A DNA stretch of 64,000 bases. It comes from an uncultured Actinomycetes bacterium (lineage in GTDB: Bacteria > Actinomycetota > UBA4738 > JBBDTT01). The position numbers and the translations under genes were made by a program. Below the pieces are notes generated by a model. That model was not told the DNA's origin. It made no database searches and worked only from the letters and a program-made list of their open reading frames with translations. Position 1 is the stretch's first letter. Each line of letters opens with the position of its first letter. The stretch spans positions 96,001-160,000 of the forward strand of contig CAVUMN010000001.1 in NCBI GenBank assembly GCA_963742735.1, in the 5' to 3' direction. Shown here piece after piece: positions 10,630 through 23,233 of this stretch.

Positions 10630-11277
10630 TCAGGCCCGGGCGGTCTCCGCTCCCAGCGGGTCGCACATCTTGCAGGGCTCGAGCCCGCGGGCGCCCGCGC
10701 TGACCTTCTTCAGGTCCGTGCGGCCGGCCACCACCGCGCAGTCCGGGCGGTGGAACATCGTCCCCCCCGCGGTGGCGACGAAGGCGCCGTTCGAGCTCCC
10801 GCCCGACGACGCGCTCCCCCCTCCCGAGCCGTTGGACGAGGCGACGAGGGCCTCCTCGATCCGGCGCAGCGCCTGCTCCGTCATCTGCGCCTGACGCTTG
10901 GTCTCCTCGACCTGGCGAGTCAGCCAGTACGCGAAGTAGAACGCGGCGCCGGCGACGACGAGCCCCAGACCGAGCAGGCCGCCCGAGATCAGGTAGGGCA
11001 CCTGCTCGAACAGGTACGGGGTGTGGGCGGCGCCGTACCAGGCCGCGCCGATGAACACGAGCCCGAGGATCAGCAGGACACCGCCGGTGATCATCAGCAT
11101 GCGCGGCACGTCGAGGTTCCACCCCCGGATGCGAAGCTTCGACACCCGCTCGCGGAGCTGATCGGCCTTCGCCGCGGACTCCTGGTCCGTGGCCTCCCGG
11201 GTCGCCGCGGCCTCGGTCCCATCCTCGGCCGGGGTCTTCGGCCGGGGTGCCGCGCGGCCTCGCCGCCGTTGCGCCAT
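10630..11277 (-). CDS. Two-TM membrane protein with coiled coil and C-terminal H/C metal-binding motif
   Basis: Two hydrophobic helices, then FHRPDC...LEPCKMCDP (Ada-type Zn-binding-like pattern); last gene of the importer operon. Confidence 0.65.
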   Translation of the reverse strand: MAQRRRGRAAPRPKTPAEDGTEAAATREATDQESAAKADQLRERVSKLRIRGWNLDVPRMLMITGGVLLILGLVFIGAAWYGAAHTPYLFEQVPYLISGGLLGLGLVVAGAAFYFAYWLTRQVEETKRQAQMTEQALRRIEEALVASSNGSGGGSASSGGSSNGAFVATAGGTMFHRPDCAVVAGRTDLKKVSAGARGLEPCKMCDPLGAETARA

Positions 11278-12599
11278 CAGTTACCTCCCAGTGGACATGC
11301 GTCGGCGGTGGCTTCACCGAGCAGCGCCTTGTCGGCGACCCGGCGCAGTACCCGGCTCGAGATCCCCGCGAACAGGCCCCCTCCAACTCCCATCCAGACC
11401 GGCAGGGTCGCCCCGGCCGGCGGCTCCGTGGTCCCCGTGGGGACCGGAGTGACGCCGTCGCCGGGCGGAGCGGGCGACACGATCGGGCCGGGGGCGGGCG
11501 GCAGCGTTCCCCCATCGCCCCCCGGCGGGGGCGGAGGCGGCGGCGGGGGCACGGGCGGTGAGGCCGCCGCCCGGACGGCCACCCCGCCGAGCGCGATCGT
11601 GATCGTCTGGTCGAAGGTCGTCAGGAAGCCCGGCACGTCCGGCGGGATCTGGCTGATGATCTCGGGCGGGATGTTCGAGGCCAGGGTCTTCGGCTTGAAG
11701 GTGATGATCAGCCCGCCCAGGCTTCGCGACGCGGCGGCCCCTTCGATGAGATCGATCGGCTCCGCCACGAACATCTGGATGCCGAGTTGCAGCAGCTGCT
11801 CGTTGAGCGGGCCGGTCACGTCGCGGATGGGGATCGGGACGTTGTTCTCCATGGGCGCGTGGATGCCGTCGCTGTCGACGGTGAACTCGTTGCCCTGGAT
11901 GGTGAGCCCCGACACGAGGGTTCGTCCGCTGAGCTTCGCCGTGGTTCCGTCGCTCGTCGCCTCGGCCACGGTCGAGACCTGCTCGATCTTGATCACGCCC
12001 GCGATGTCGATGTCCGAGACCGAGGAGCGGGCCACGGTCACCGCCGTCTCCCCCTCCGCCGTCCCCGTGACCCGCGACGTGGCCGTCCCGGTGCCCAGGA
12101 CGCCCTCGACCTCCGTCGAGCGGGACACCGCGAGAGCGGACAGCGCCGTGCTCTCCGCGCGCATGGCGTAGACACCGCCGTCGAGGTTCGCCGAGGACTC
12201 CTGTCCCTCGGAGGCGGGGAAGTAGGTCTCCGCCAGGATCGGGTACTTCGGCAGCAGCGGGATGCGGGGGTCCACGTCGTGCAGGGCCGCCCCGAGGTTC
12301 GCGGCGGTGGCCCCCGGCCACAGCGCGCTGGCCACCGAGTGCGACGTGCCGTTGTCGACGCTCACCTCGGCGTGCCCGAGCGAGAGCTCCTGGGTAGGAT
12401 TCGCCGGGATGGGCGCGGCCGGCTGGTGGTACGCCTCGTAGATCGGGGCCGCGCGGCCGGTCATCGAGTACGAGCCGAGCGAGGTGGTCGGTTCCTCCTG
12501 GGCGCCGGCGTTTGCCGTCGGCAGGAGACCGGCCGCCAGGAGGAGTGCCAGGACCTGCACCACGCGGAGTAGGCGGACCGTCCGCTGCCTGACGGTCAC
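11277..12599 (-). CDS. Secreted or surface-anchored hypothetical protein
   Basis: Signal peptide (LLAAGLLPTANAGAQ), Ser/Thr/Ala-rich body, poly-Pro linker, C-terminal hydrophobic segment; GTG start overlaps the upstream stop. Confidence 0.65.
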   Translation of the reverse strand: MTVRQRTVRLLRVVQVLALLLAAGLLPTANAGAQEEPTTSLGSYSMTGRAAPIYEAYHQPAAPIPANPTQELSLGHAEVSVDNGTSHSVASALWPGATAANLGAALHDVDPRIPLLPKYPILAETYFPASEGQESSANLDGGVYAMRAESTALSALAVSRSTEVEGVLGTGTATSRVTGTAEGETAVTVARSSVSDIDIAGVIKIEQVSTVAEATSDGTTAKLSGRTLVSGLTIQGNEFTVDSDGIHAPMENNVPIPIRDVTGPLNEQLLQLGIQMFVAEPIDLIEGAAASRSLGGLIITFKPKTLASNIPPEIISQIPPDVPGFLTTFDQTITIALGGVAVRAAASPPVPPPPPPPPPGGDGGTLPPAPGPIVSPAPPGDGVTPVPTGTTEPPAGATLPVWMGVGGGLFAGISSRVLRRVADKALLGEATADACPLGGN

Positions 12600-13300
12600 G
12601 CCGCCCCCCCGAGGTAGGCGCTGGCGAGCTCCTCCTTGATCTCCGCGGGCTGGCCGACGCTGCGGACCTTCCCGCCGACCATGATCGCGGCGTAGTCCGC
12701 GACGGACAGGGCCGTCTGCGCGAACTGCTCGACCAGCAGGATCGACACGCCGCTCGCTCCGATCTGCGCCACGATCTCGTAGAGGCGCGCAACGATCAGC
12801 GGCGCGAGCCCCATCGAGATCTCGTCCAGCAAGAGTACGGCCGGGTCGGTGGCCAGGGCCCGCGCCATGGCCAGCATCTGCTGCTCGCCGCCGGACATGG
12901 TCCCGGCCAGCTGGTGCCGGCGCTCCTTGAGGATCGGGAACCGCGCGAACGCCTCGGCCTCCACCTGGCCCCGCCCCACGTCGCCGTAGGTCATCATCCA
13001 CAGGTTCTCGCGAACCGTGAGGTTCGGGAAGATCCCCCGGCCCTCGGGCAGAGCGCACACGCCGGCGCGGGCCAGCTTGTCGGCACTGGCTCCGTTGATG
13101 TGTCGATCCGCCACGTGGACGCATCCCGAGCTCGGCTTCATCTGGCCGCTCGCCACGCGCAGGGTCGTGCTCTTGCCGGCGCCGTTCGGCCCGAGCAACG
13201 CGACGATGCTGCCCTCGGGGACGACCAGGTCCACCCCGTGGAGAACCTCGATCTTCCCGTACGCCGCGCGCACGTTGCGCAGCTCGAGGACGGCGGTCAT
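12596..13300 (-). CDS. ABC ATP-binding protein (LivF-like)
   Basis: GPNGAGKST, PEGRGIF, MSGGEQQML, LLLDE. Confidence 0.9.
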   Translation of the reverse strand: MTAVLELRNVRAAYGKIEVLHGVDLVVPEGSIVALLGPNGAGKSTTLRVASGQMKPSSGCVHVADRHINGASADKLARAGVCALPEGRGIFPNLTVRENLWMMTYGDVGRGQVEAEAFARFPILKERRHQLAGTMSGGEQQMLAMARALATDPAVLLLDEISMGLAPLIVARLYEIVAQIGASGVSILLVEQFAQTALSVADYAAIMVGGKVRSVGQPAEIKEELASAYLGGAA

Positions 13301-14055
13301 CGTCCCGCCTCCACGGGCTCGGCGGGGGTCTCTTCGGTGCCCAGGTACGCCGCCTGCACGGCCGGATCGGCCTGGACCTCGGCCGGGGTGCCCTGGGCGA
13401 TCATCTGTCCGAAGTCGAGCACGTGGATGCGCTCGCAGATCCCCATGACGAGGTCGATGTCGTGCTCGACGAGGAGCACGCCGAGGTTGTCCTCGCGAGC
13501 CAGATCGCGCAGGACATCGGCCACGCGCTCCTTCTCCTCTTCGGACAGTCCCGAGGAGGCCTCGTCCAGCAGGATCAGCTGAGGGTCCATGGCGAGTGAT
13601 CGGCCGATCTCGACCAGCCGCGCCAGCCCGGTGGGAAGCGAGTCGACGCGGTCCTCCGCCACCGAGCGAAGGCCGACGGTGTCCAGGAGCCGATCGGCCA
13701 CCTTCCGTGGGTCGTCCTGGTCCTTCGACCATCGATTGCGGATCTCCCCCGCCACCAACAGGTTCTCGCGGGTGGTGAGCGTCCCGAACAGCTCGAAACG
13801 CTGGAAGGTGCGGGCGATCCCCTTGCGGGCTCGCTCGTGCGGACGGAGCTTGCTGATGTCCTCGCCGGCGAGAGTGACCTTTCCCCGCACGGTCGCCTGG
13901 AGGCCGCAGATCACGTTGAACAGCGTGGTCTTCCCGGCTCCGTTCGGCCCGATCAGGCCCGTGATGGCACCTGCCTCGGCGTCGAGGTCGGCGTCCGAGA
14001 CGGCGAGGAGTCCGCCGAAGCGCACCGTGGCCGACTCAACCTGCAGCAGCGGCAA
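13297..14055 (-). CDS. ABC ATP-binding protein (LivG-like)
   Basis: [27 protein letters not shown]; TTG start after an AGGAGG RBS. Confidence 0.88.
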   Translation of the reverse strand: MPLLQVESATVRFGGLLAVSDADLDAEAGAITGLIGPNGAGKTTLFNVICGLQATVRGKVTLAGEDISKLRPHERARKGIARTFQRFELFGTLTTRENLLVAGEIRNRWSKDQDDPRKVADRLLDTVGLRSVAEDRVDSLPTGLARLVEIGRSLAMDPQLILLDEASSGLSEEEKERVADVLRDLAREDNLGVLLVEHDIDLVMGICERIHVLDFGQMIAQGTPAEVQADPAVQAAYLGTEETPAEPVEAGR

Positions 14056-15970
14056 CCGGCACCTCCTCCTCGTGCTCGGCGGACCCCCGGGGCGAAGGCT
14101 CGCTCGCGGGAGCCTTCTGGGCGGGTCCACCTCGGCCACCGGGCAGCAGCTTCCGAATGCCCTCGGAGATCTGGTACGCGACGCCGTTCGGCTGCCGTCC
14201 GACGCTGACCGCGGCCAGCCCGATCAGCAGCGGCACCAGCCCACCGATCTGGGGGAACTGCTCCTGGAGGATCGGCAGGAGGGCGAACGAGAGCCCGCCG
14301 ACGAGCGCACCCCCCACGGAGGTGATGCCACCGATCACCGCGAGCAGGAGCAGGGGAAGGCTCTGCAACATGATGTACTCGACGGAACCGACGTTCGTGA
14401 TCGCGCCGGCGAACAGCGCGCCGCCGACCCCGGCCATCGCGGCGGAGAGCATGAACACCGTGAGCTTCGTGCGGGTCAGCGACAGCCCGAGCGTCGCGCA
14501 CGCCACGGGGCTGTCACGCATGGCCATCAACAGCCGTCCGAACGGCCCGCGTCGGATCCACAGGACCAGCATCCCCATCAGACCGAAAACGGCAGCGAGG
14601 AACACGAGGTAGACGCGGTCGTCCGCGAACGACACGCCGAGCACCTTCAGCCGGCCGATCGGGATCGCGGAGAGGCCGAGGACGTTCCCGAAGAACAGGA
14701 ACTCCATCATCAGCGCGAAGGACATCGTCCACAGGGCGAGGTACAGGCCCTGCAGGCGCAGGGAGGGCAGGGCCACCACCGCCCCGAGGGCTCCCGACGC
14801 CACGGCGGCCAGGACGAGCCCGTGCAGGGTGTTGCCGTCGCCGGTCTTGGCCATGACGAAGGCGCCGACCCCGGCGAAGGTCATCTGGCCGAGCGAGACC
14901 TGTCCCCCGTAGCCGGTGAGGACCACCAGCGAAAGCATGATGATGGCAAGGCCGAGCCCCTGGGACAGGCGCGAGACGTCGCCGGCCTTCAGGAACAGCG
15001 ACGCCCCGAACGTCACCCCAACCAGGACGAACGTCCCCAGCAGCGCCCTCCGCGCGTTGGGCACCTTCGGGGTCACGGCGCCTACCAGTCGACCCGCCCG
15101 CAGACGCGCCTCCGGCATGAACAACAGGACCAGGAACAGGAAGATGATCGGCAGGGACGGCCTGAGCGCGTTCAGCCACCCGCTGAGCTGCACGTAGCCG
15201 ATCGCGTAGTTCTCGACGAGCCCGAGGACGATGGCCCCGGCGTAGGTGAGGGGCAAGCTCTTGAGCCGCCCGACCATGGCCGCCGCGAACGCGTTCACGA
15301 TGAGCAGGGTCAGCGAGATCACGTTCAGCGAGAGGAGCGGCGCGAGCAGGATGCCGGCCAGGGCCGCCAGCGACGCGCCGATGGCCCACGAGAGCTGGCT
15401 CACCCGGTCCGGACGGGCTCCGGTGAGGCCGGCCAGGTTGCGGTCGTCGACCACCGCGCGCATCGCCACGCCGATGCGGGTCCGGTTCAGGAACACGTAG
15501 ATGAACGCAGCAACCGCGAGGCCGGCCGCCACCGTGACGATCTGGTGCCCGGTGATGAAGATCCCACCGACGTTCACCCCCCACGGGGTGAAGAACCCGA
15601 CGACGGTTCTGGACACCTCGTTGGTCCAGACGAGCTGGGCCAGGCCGATCAGCGCCACCATGAGCCCGACCGTCACCACCAGGGACTGGGCGACGCTCGC
15701 CCCCCGGAGATTCCGGATCAGGACCCGCTCGATGAACGCGCCGATCAGCGGCGCCGCCACGAACACGACGACCACGAACGACAGAAGGGTCGGCCACCCC
15801 CAGCTCACGTGGAGCTGCCAGTAGAGGAACGCGCAGAACATCCCGATGGCCCCGTGGGCGATGTTGAAGATCCCCGACGTGATGTAGGTGACCACCAGAC
15901 CGCTCGCCGCCACCGCGTAGATCGCGCCGGTGGCGATCCCCAGGACGGTGAAGGTGATGAGCTTGTCCAC
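14036..15970 (-). CDS. Fused LivH-LivM ABC permease
   Basis: N-half IFNIAHG..GVAMRAVVD; C-half LTGYGGQVSLGQ, RLQGLYLAL, AMRDSPVA. Confidence 0.88.
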   Translation of the reverse strand: MDKLITFTVLGIATGAIYAVAASGLVVTYITSGIFNIAHGAIGMFCAFLYWQLHVSWGWPTLLSFVVVVFVAAPLIGAFIERVLIRNLRGASVAQSLVVTVGLMVALIGLAQLVWTNEVSRTVVGFFTPWGVNVGGIFITGHQIVTVAAGLAVAAFIYVFLNRTRIGVAMRAVVDDRNLAGLTGARPDRVSQLSWAIGASLAALAGILLAPLLSLNVISLTLLIVNAFAAAMVGRLKSLPLTYAGAIVLGLVENYAIGYVQLSGWLNALRPSLPIIFLFLVLLFMPEARLRAGRLVGAVTPKVPNARRALLGTFVLVGVTFGASLFLKAGDVSRLSQGLGLAIIMLSLVVLTGYGGQVSLGQMTFAGVGAFVMAKTGDGNTLHGLVLAAVASGALGAVVALPSLRLQGLYLALWTMSFALMMEFLFFGNVLGLSAIPIGRLKVLGVSFADDRVYLVFLAAVFGLMGMLVLWIRRGPFGRLLMAMRDSPVACATLGLSLTRTKLTVFMLSAAMAGVGGALFAGAITNVGSVEYIMLQSLPLLLLAVIGGITSVGGALVGGLSFALLPILQEQFPQIGGLVPLLIGLAAVSVGRQPNGVAYQISEGIRKLLPGGRGGPAQKAPASEPSPRGSAEHEEEVPVAAAAG

Positions 15971-15982
15971 GCGACCGCCGCG

Positions 15983-17401
15983 CTACGGGCTGGTTGGGTA
16001 GGGGACCTTGCGCGTCGGCCGGTCGCACTTCCAGCCGCTGCCCGGGTGGATCCGGTGGAAGGTGTAGTTCCGGACGTCGCCGTACAGGTAGCAGGGCCCG
16101 GTCAGCTTCTGGCCCGTGAGATGGGGTCCGTGCAGCCCGTGCGAGTCCCACTCCGCCACCTTGGCGATCTCGGACAGAAACGCCTTGCGGGTCAGGTTCG
16201 GCCCGACCTTCGTGGCCACCTCCTGGAACAGGCGGCCGGCCGACCACGCGTACAGGCCGAAGAAGTCGGGCTTCTTGCCGGGCGCGACCTGCGCCAGCCA
16301 CTGCCGGTAGAGGTCCATCTCGGCGTTCCCGGACTCCTCGAACATGGCCGTGTTGATGAACCAGAACAGGTTGGTGGTGGTGATCCCGCGGTCCTTGAGG
16401 TCCTGCAGGAACAGCGGGCTGTACACCACCGAGTCGAAGTCGATGAAGTCCGGATGCCACTGCTGTTGGTCCATCGCCTGAAGCATGTTCTCGGCGCTCT
16501 GGTAGTTGCCGACGAACGTCAGGTACTTCACCGGCGGGTTGTGGTTCTTCATCTGCGACACGTAGCTCGCGTAGTTGGGGTCGGTGACCTGCGCCTCCTG
16601 GCGGTACACGAACTCGAACCCGGCCTGTTCGTACGCGCGCTCGCGCGAGGCCATGTTCGTGCGTGCCACCGGCTGGTTCAGCCAGACCGCGGCCGCTCCG
16701 GATTTCACGTCCGGGGCGGTCTGGTTCACGTAGCTGGCCGTGTCCATGATGTAGTCGGGCCGCTGGGGGTAGGCCGGGTAGTAGTTGGGCGGATAGATCT
16801 GGTCGCTCTTCCAGGCGTTCGTGCTGATCGCCGGGATGGCGGGGATGCCGCACTCGTTGCCGGCGTCGTACCCACCGCCGTCGAAGGCCGACATGGAGCC
16901 GACGATCGCGAAGTCGGCATTGCAGGCGGAGCGCGTCCCGGACTGGTTCCCGCCCGAGTTCGTCCCGGTGTCGTAGATGTCCACCGCCACCGTCCGGCCG
17001 CAGATGCCGCCGGCGTTGTTGACCATCGCCGCCCAGGCCTGCATGGCCTCCTTGGCGGGAGTGAACAGACCCGTCTGGACGCCGCTCAGATCGACCACCA
17101 CGCCGATCTTGATCTGGTCGGCGGTGACGCCGGTGTCGCTGGCCTTGTTCTCGCCCTCGGCACACGCGGAGGTGGGCGCGCCGGGCGAGCCAGTGCCGCC
17201 GGTGGGCACGGCACCCGGGCTGTTGGTCGCGCCGTCGGTCGGGACGGCTCCCGGGCTGTTGGTTGCGACGGGGTTACCGGCCGGGTCGAACGCGACGCCG
17301 CCGCTGAGGACCGCGTCGCGCTGCTCCTGGGTCAGGCGCGCACCGCAGGACACGGTAAGCAGGGCGAGGGCAAACAGGATGGCCGCCGTGCGGGACCGCA
17401 C
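15983..17401 (-). CDS. ABC substrate-binding lipoprotein (LivK-like fold)
   Basis: Lipobox LTVSC, GVTADQIKIG, VNNAGGICGR; GTG start after a GGAGGG RBS. Confidence 0.85.
   Translation of the reverse strand: MRSRTAAILFALALLTVSCGARLTQEQRDAVLSGGVAFDPAGNPVATNSPGAVPTDGATNSPGAVPTGGTGSPGAPTSACAEGENKASDTGVTADQIKIGVVVDLSGVQTGLFTPAKEAMQAWAAMVNNAGGICGRTVAVDIYDTGTNSGGNQSGTRSACNADFAIVGSMSAFDGGGYDAGNECGIPAIPAISTNAWKSDQIYPPNYYPAYPQRPDYIMDTASYVNQTAPDVKSGAAAVWLNQPVARTNMASRERAYEQAGFEFVYRQEAQVTDPNYASYVSQMKNHNPPVKYLTFVGNYQSAENMLQAMDQQQWHPDFIDFDSVVYSPLFLQDLKDRGITTTNLFWFINTAMFEESGNAEMDLYRQWLAQVAPGKKPDFFGLYAWSAGRLFQEVATKVGPNLTRKAFLSEIAKVAEWDSHGLHGPHLTGQKLTGPCYLYGDVRNYTFHRIHPGSGWKCDRPTRKVPYPTSP
17201..17266. repeat. 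Imperfect in-frame direct repeat (36-bp period) encoding ATNSPGAVPT twice
   Basis: 17201-17230 resembles 17237-17266; lies in the lipoprotein tether region. Confidence 0.7.
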
Positions 17402-17445
17402 GTCCCCTCCCTCCCGCGGCACCCGGGCCGCTGTCGGTTCTCAGG

Positions 17446-18642
17446 TTACTGCCGGGGCGAGCCCCCGGCTGCGGGCGTTCCACGCATCTCGGACCACGGA
17501 CGCCCCAGGTCGGGCTCGGGCTCCCGCGGCAGGCCGAGGATGCGCTCTCCAATGATGTTCCGCAACACTTCCGAGGTTCCTCCCCCGATGGTGAGAGCGG
17601 GGCTGAACAGGAACCCCTGCGCCCACCACCCTCCGGGGGCTCCGAGCGGCCCGGCGTCCTCCAGGACCCCGGCCGCGCCGGCCAGGTCGCGGGCCACCTG
17701 GAACACGTGCTGGCCGTGCGGGTCGCCGAGCGCCTTCCGCACGCTCGACATGCGGCCGTCCCCCCGGCCGGTCACCGCGTCGCCGACCTGCCGGAGCCCG
17801 TGGATGCGGTAGATCTCGCCCTCGATGTAGAGGGCGGCCAGGCGATCGCGCAGGACCTCGTCGGAAACCCCGCCGCGCTCGCGGGCCACCTCGACCAGGT
17901 CGGTCGCGGTGGGTCCCCATCCCCACTGCGCGCCCTGACGGGAGAGCGTCACGCGCTCGTTGACCAGCGTCTCCTTCGCGAGCCCCCAGCCGCGGTTCTC
18001 CTCGCCGATCAGCTGGTCGGCCGGCACGCGGACGTCGGTGAAGAACACCTCGTTGAACCCGCCGGCCTCGTTGTGCCACCCCGTGGCGTCGACGATCGGG
18101 CGAACGTCGATGCCCTGGGCCTTCATGTCGATGATGAAATACGAGAGGCCGTCGTGCTTCGGGACGTCCGGGTTCGTGCGGGCCAGCAGGATGCCGAGCT
18201 GCGCGAAGTGGCCCAGCGACGTCCAGATCTTCTGCCCGTTCACGACGAACTCGTCGCCGTCGCGAACCGCCTTGGTCGCGACGCTCGCCAGGTCCGACCC
18301 CGCCCCGGGCTCGCTGAACAGCTGGCACCAGATCTCCTCGCCGGCCATCATCGGCGGGATGTAGCGCGCCTTCTGCTCCTCGGTCCCGTGGGACACGAGG
18401 ATGGGCCCGCAGTGGCCGGTGCCGATCGGGTTGATCGGGCGCTGCACGCCCGCGCGCTTGAGCTCGTCGTCGATGATCAGCTGCATCAGCGGGTCCGCGT
18501 CGAGCCCCCACGGCCTCGGCCAGTGCGGGACGACGTATCCGGCGTCGGCGAGGTCGCGTCCGCTCGGGTTCGGATGCTCCGCCAGCCAGTCCCTGACCTC
18601 CGCGCGCCGGGGATCGTCGTCCGGCGGGAGCAGGAAATCCAT
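17446..18642 (-). CDS. Acyl-CoA dehydrogenase (FadE family)
   Basis: WCQLFSEPGAGSDLAS, VNGQKIWTS, FNEVFF, TIGGGTSEVLRNII. Confidence 0.9.
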   Translation of the reverse strand: MDFLLPPDDDPRRAEVRDWLAEHPNPSGRDLADAGYVVPHWPRPWGLDADPLMQLIIDDELKRAGVQRPINPIGTGHCGPILVSHGTEEQKARYIPPMMAGEEIWCQLFSEPGAGSDLASVATKAVRDGDEFVVNGQKIWTSLGHFAQLGILLARTNPDVPKHDGLSYFIIDMKAQGIDVRPIVDATGWHNEAGGFNEVFFTDVRVPADQLIGEENRGWGLAKETLVNERVTLSRQGAQWGWGPTATDLVEVARERGGVSDEVLRDRLAALYIEGEIYRIHGLRQVGDAVTGRGDGRMSSVRKALGDPHGQHVFQVARDLAGAAGVLEDAGPLGAPGGWWAQGFLFSPALTIGGGTSEVLRNIIGERILGLPREPEPDLGRPWSEMRGTPAAGGSPRQ

Positions 18643-18672
18643 GCGGCGATTCTCTCCGGACGCCCAAGAAAT

Positions 18673-18686
18673 TGCAACACGTTCTA
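18673..18686. promoter_or_regulatory. KstR-type operator in the divergent fadE/kstR promoter
   Basis: TGCAACACGTTCTA matches TnnAACnnGTTnnA. Confidence 0.85.
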
Positions 18687-18714
18687 GTTCGGGCTATCGT
18701 GGCCGTAGACCGTT

Positions 18715-21416
<2,702 letters not shown>

Positions 21417-21423
21417 GCCCCGC

Positions 21424-22434
21424 GTGACCGGGGACCTGAAGCTCGGCCTGACCCTCGGGTACTGGGCCGCCGAGCGGTGGGACCCCACCGACCTGGTCCT
21501 GGAGGCCGAGCGGCTGGGCTACGAGTCGGCGTGGACGGCGGAGGCGTACGGCTCCGACGCCTTCTCGCCGCTGGTGTGGGTCGGCGCCAGGACCTCGCGG
21601 ATCAAGCTCGGCACCGGGATCGTGCAGATCTCGGCGCGGACGCCGGCCGCGGTGGCGATGACCGCGGCGACCATCGACCACCTCACCGAGGGCCGGTTCA
21701 TCCTCGGGCTCGGAGTGAGCGGCCCGCAGGTGGTCGAGGGCTGGTACGGCCAGCCGTTCCCGAAGCCGCTCGCCCGGACGCGGGAGTACGTGGAGGTGAT
21801 CCGCCGGATCCTGCGTCGCGAGGAGCCGGTCACCTTCGACGGAGAGCACTACCCGCTGCCCTATCCGGGGGGCACCGGCCTGGGCAAGCCCCTGAAGATC
21901 ACGGTCCATCCACGACGGGCGGACATCCCCATCTACCTCGGGGCCGAGGGGCCGAAGAACGTGGCCCAGGCCGTGGAGATCGGCGACGGCTGGCTCCCGA
22001 TCTTCTGGTCGCCGTACCGGCCGGAGATGTACGGCGACGCGCTGACGAACCTTCCCGAGGGATTCCAGATCGCGGCGCCGGTCACCGTGGTCGTGGCCGA
22101 CGACGTCACCGCTGGGCTGATGCTGGTGAAGTGGTACCTGGCCTTCTACATCGGCGGGATGGGCGCGGCGTCGATGAACTTCCACCTGAATGTGATCGGG
22201 CGCATGGGCTTCGCGGAGGACGCCGCGCACGTCCAGAAGCTGTTCATGGACGGCGACCGCGAGGCCGCCGCGAAGGCGGTGCCCGACGCGCTGGCGGACG
22301 AGATCTCGCTGGTCGGCCCGCCCGGACGGATCAAGGAGCGCCTCGGCGCGTGGATCGACTCCCCCGTCACCCAACTCCTGGCCGGCACCCGCGAGCCCGA
22401 GGCCCTGAAGGTCCTCGCCGACGCCCTGTCCTAG
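21424..22434 (+). CDS. LLM-class F420-dependent oxidoreductase (Rv3520c-like)
   Basis: WTAEAYGSDA, ARTPA, GLGVSGPQVVEGWYG, GAEGPKNV. Confidence 0.85.
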   Translation: MTGDLKLGLTLGYWAAERWDPTDLVLEAERLGYESAWTAEAYGSDAFSPLVWVGARTSRIKLGTGIVQISARTPAAVAMTAATIDHLTEGRFILGLGVSGPQVVEGWYGQPFPKPLARTREYVEVIRRILRREEPVTFDGEHYPLPYPGGTGLGKPLKITVHPRRADIPIYLGAEGPKNVAQAVEIGDGWLPIFWSPYRPEMYGDALTNLPEGFQIAAPVTVVVADDVTAGLMLVKWYLAFYIGGMGAASMNFHLNVIGRMGFAEDAAHVQKLFMDGDREAAAKAVPDALADEISLVGPPGRIKERLGAWIDSPVTQLLAGTREPEALKVLADALS

Positions 22435-23232
22435 CTAGCGGCGCGGCTCCCACGTGAAGAATCGGATCGCCAAAAGCAGGCCGGCAACCCCCCACGCCGC
22501 GACGATCAGGAGGTCGCCACCCCGGAGCGTCTCCGACCCACCCGTGGGGAAGAACGACGCGAGCATCGCCTTCACGAAGTGACGGATCGGGAAGACGTCG
22601 GCGATCCCCGTGACCCAGGCGGGCGCTTCGTCCCCCAGCGGGATGAACACGTCGGAGATGAACAGCAGGGGCAGGATCGTGGCGTTGACGATGGGCGGAG
22701 CCGCGTCCGCGTTGGGGATGATCGCGGTCACCGCGATCCCGAGGGCCGAGAACGCGAACGCCCCGGTGGCCAGGGTCAGCAGGAACTCGGGCAGCGTGTC
22801 GACGGGGATCTCCGCGTTGTAGAACGCCGCGCCGAACGCCACGCAGATGATCACCAGCAGGACCGCGACCAGCACCGCGTGGGTGATGCGCGCCGATAGG
22901 TAGGACCACCCCGGAAGGGGCGTCCCCCGCAGTCGCTTGAGGGTCCCCTCTTCGCGCGTGAACGTCAGCCCGACGGCTATGTTCGTGTAGCAGGCCGTGA
23001 TGATCGCGAACGCCGTGATCGAGGCTACGTAGAACGTGGAGGTCGAGATCTCCTGGACGCACCCCCGTCCCGGCTCGACGTTGACGCAGGTCCGGTCGTT
23101 GCCGAACAGGACCGTGAAGATCACCAGGAACATGAGCGGGAACGCGAAAGTGAAGAACGCGGCGGCCGGGTTCCGCCAGAACGCCAGGTTCTGGTAGCGG
23201 ACCTGACGGAGCGTCAGCTTGAGCTCGTTCAC
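22435..23232 (-). CDS. ABC-2 type exporter permease
   Basis: FWRNPAAAFFTF, REEGTLKRLRGTP, about 6 TM segments, RFFTWE. Confidence 0.85.
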   Translation of the reverse strand: MNELKLTLRQVRYQNLAFWRNPAAAFFTFAFPLMFLVIFTVLFGNDRTCVNVEPGRGCVQEISTSTFYVASITAFAIITACYTNIAVGLTFTREEGTLKRLRGTPLPGWSYLSARITHAVLVAVLLVIICVAFGAAFYNAEIPVDTLPEFLLTLATGAFAFSALGIAVTAIIPNADAAPPIVNATILPLLFISDVFIPLGDEAPAWVTGIADVFPIRHFVKAMLASFFPTGGSETLRGGDLLIVAAWGVAGLLLAIRFFTWEPRR

Positions 23233-23233
23233 G

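Noticed and set aside
13589-17812. Very long opposite-strand or alternate-frame ORFs (also 33636-37187, 57829-61488, 35648-38560)
   Set aside because: Shadow ORFs expected at high GC; they overlap well-supported genes and have Arg/Gly/Pro-rich, motif-free translations.
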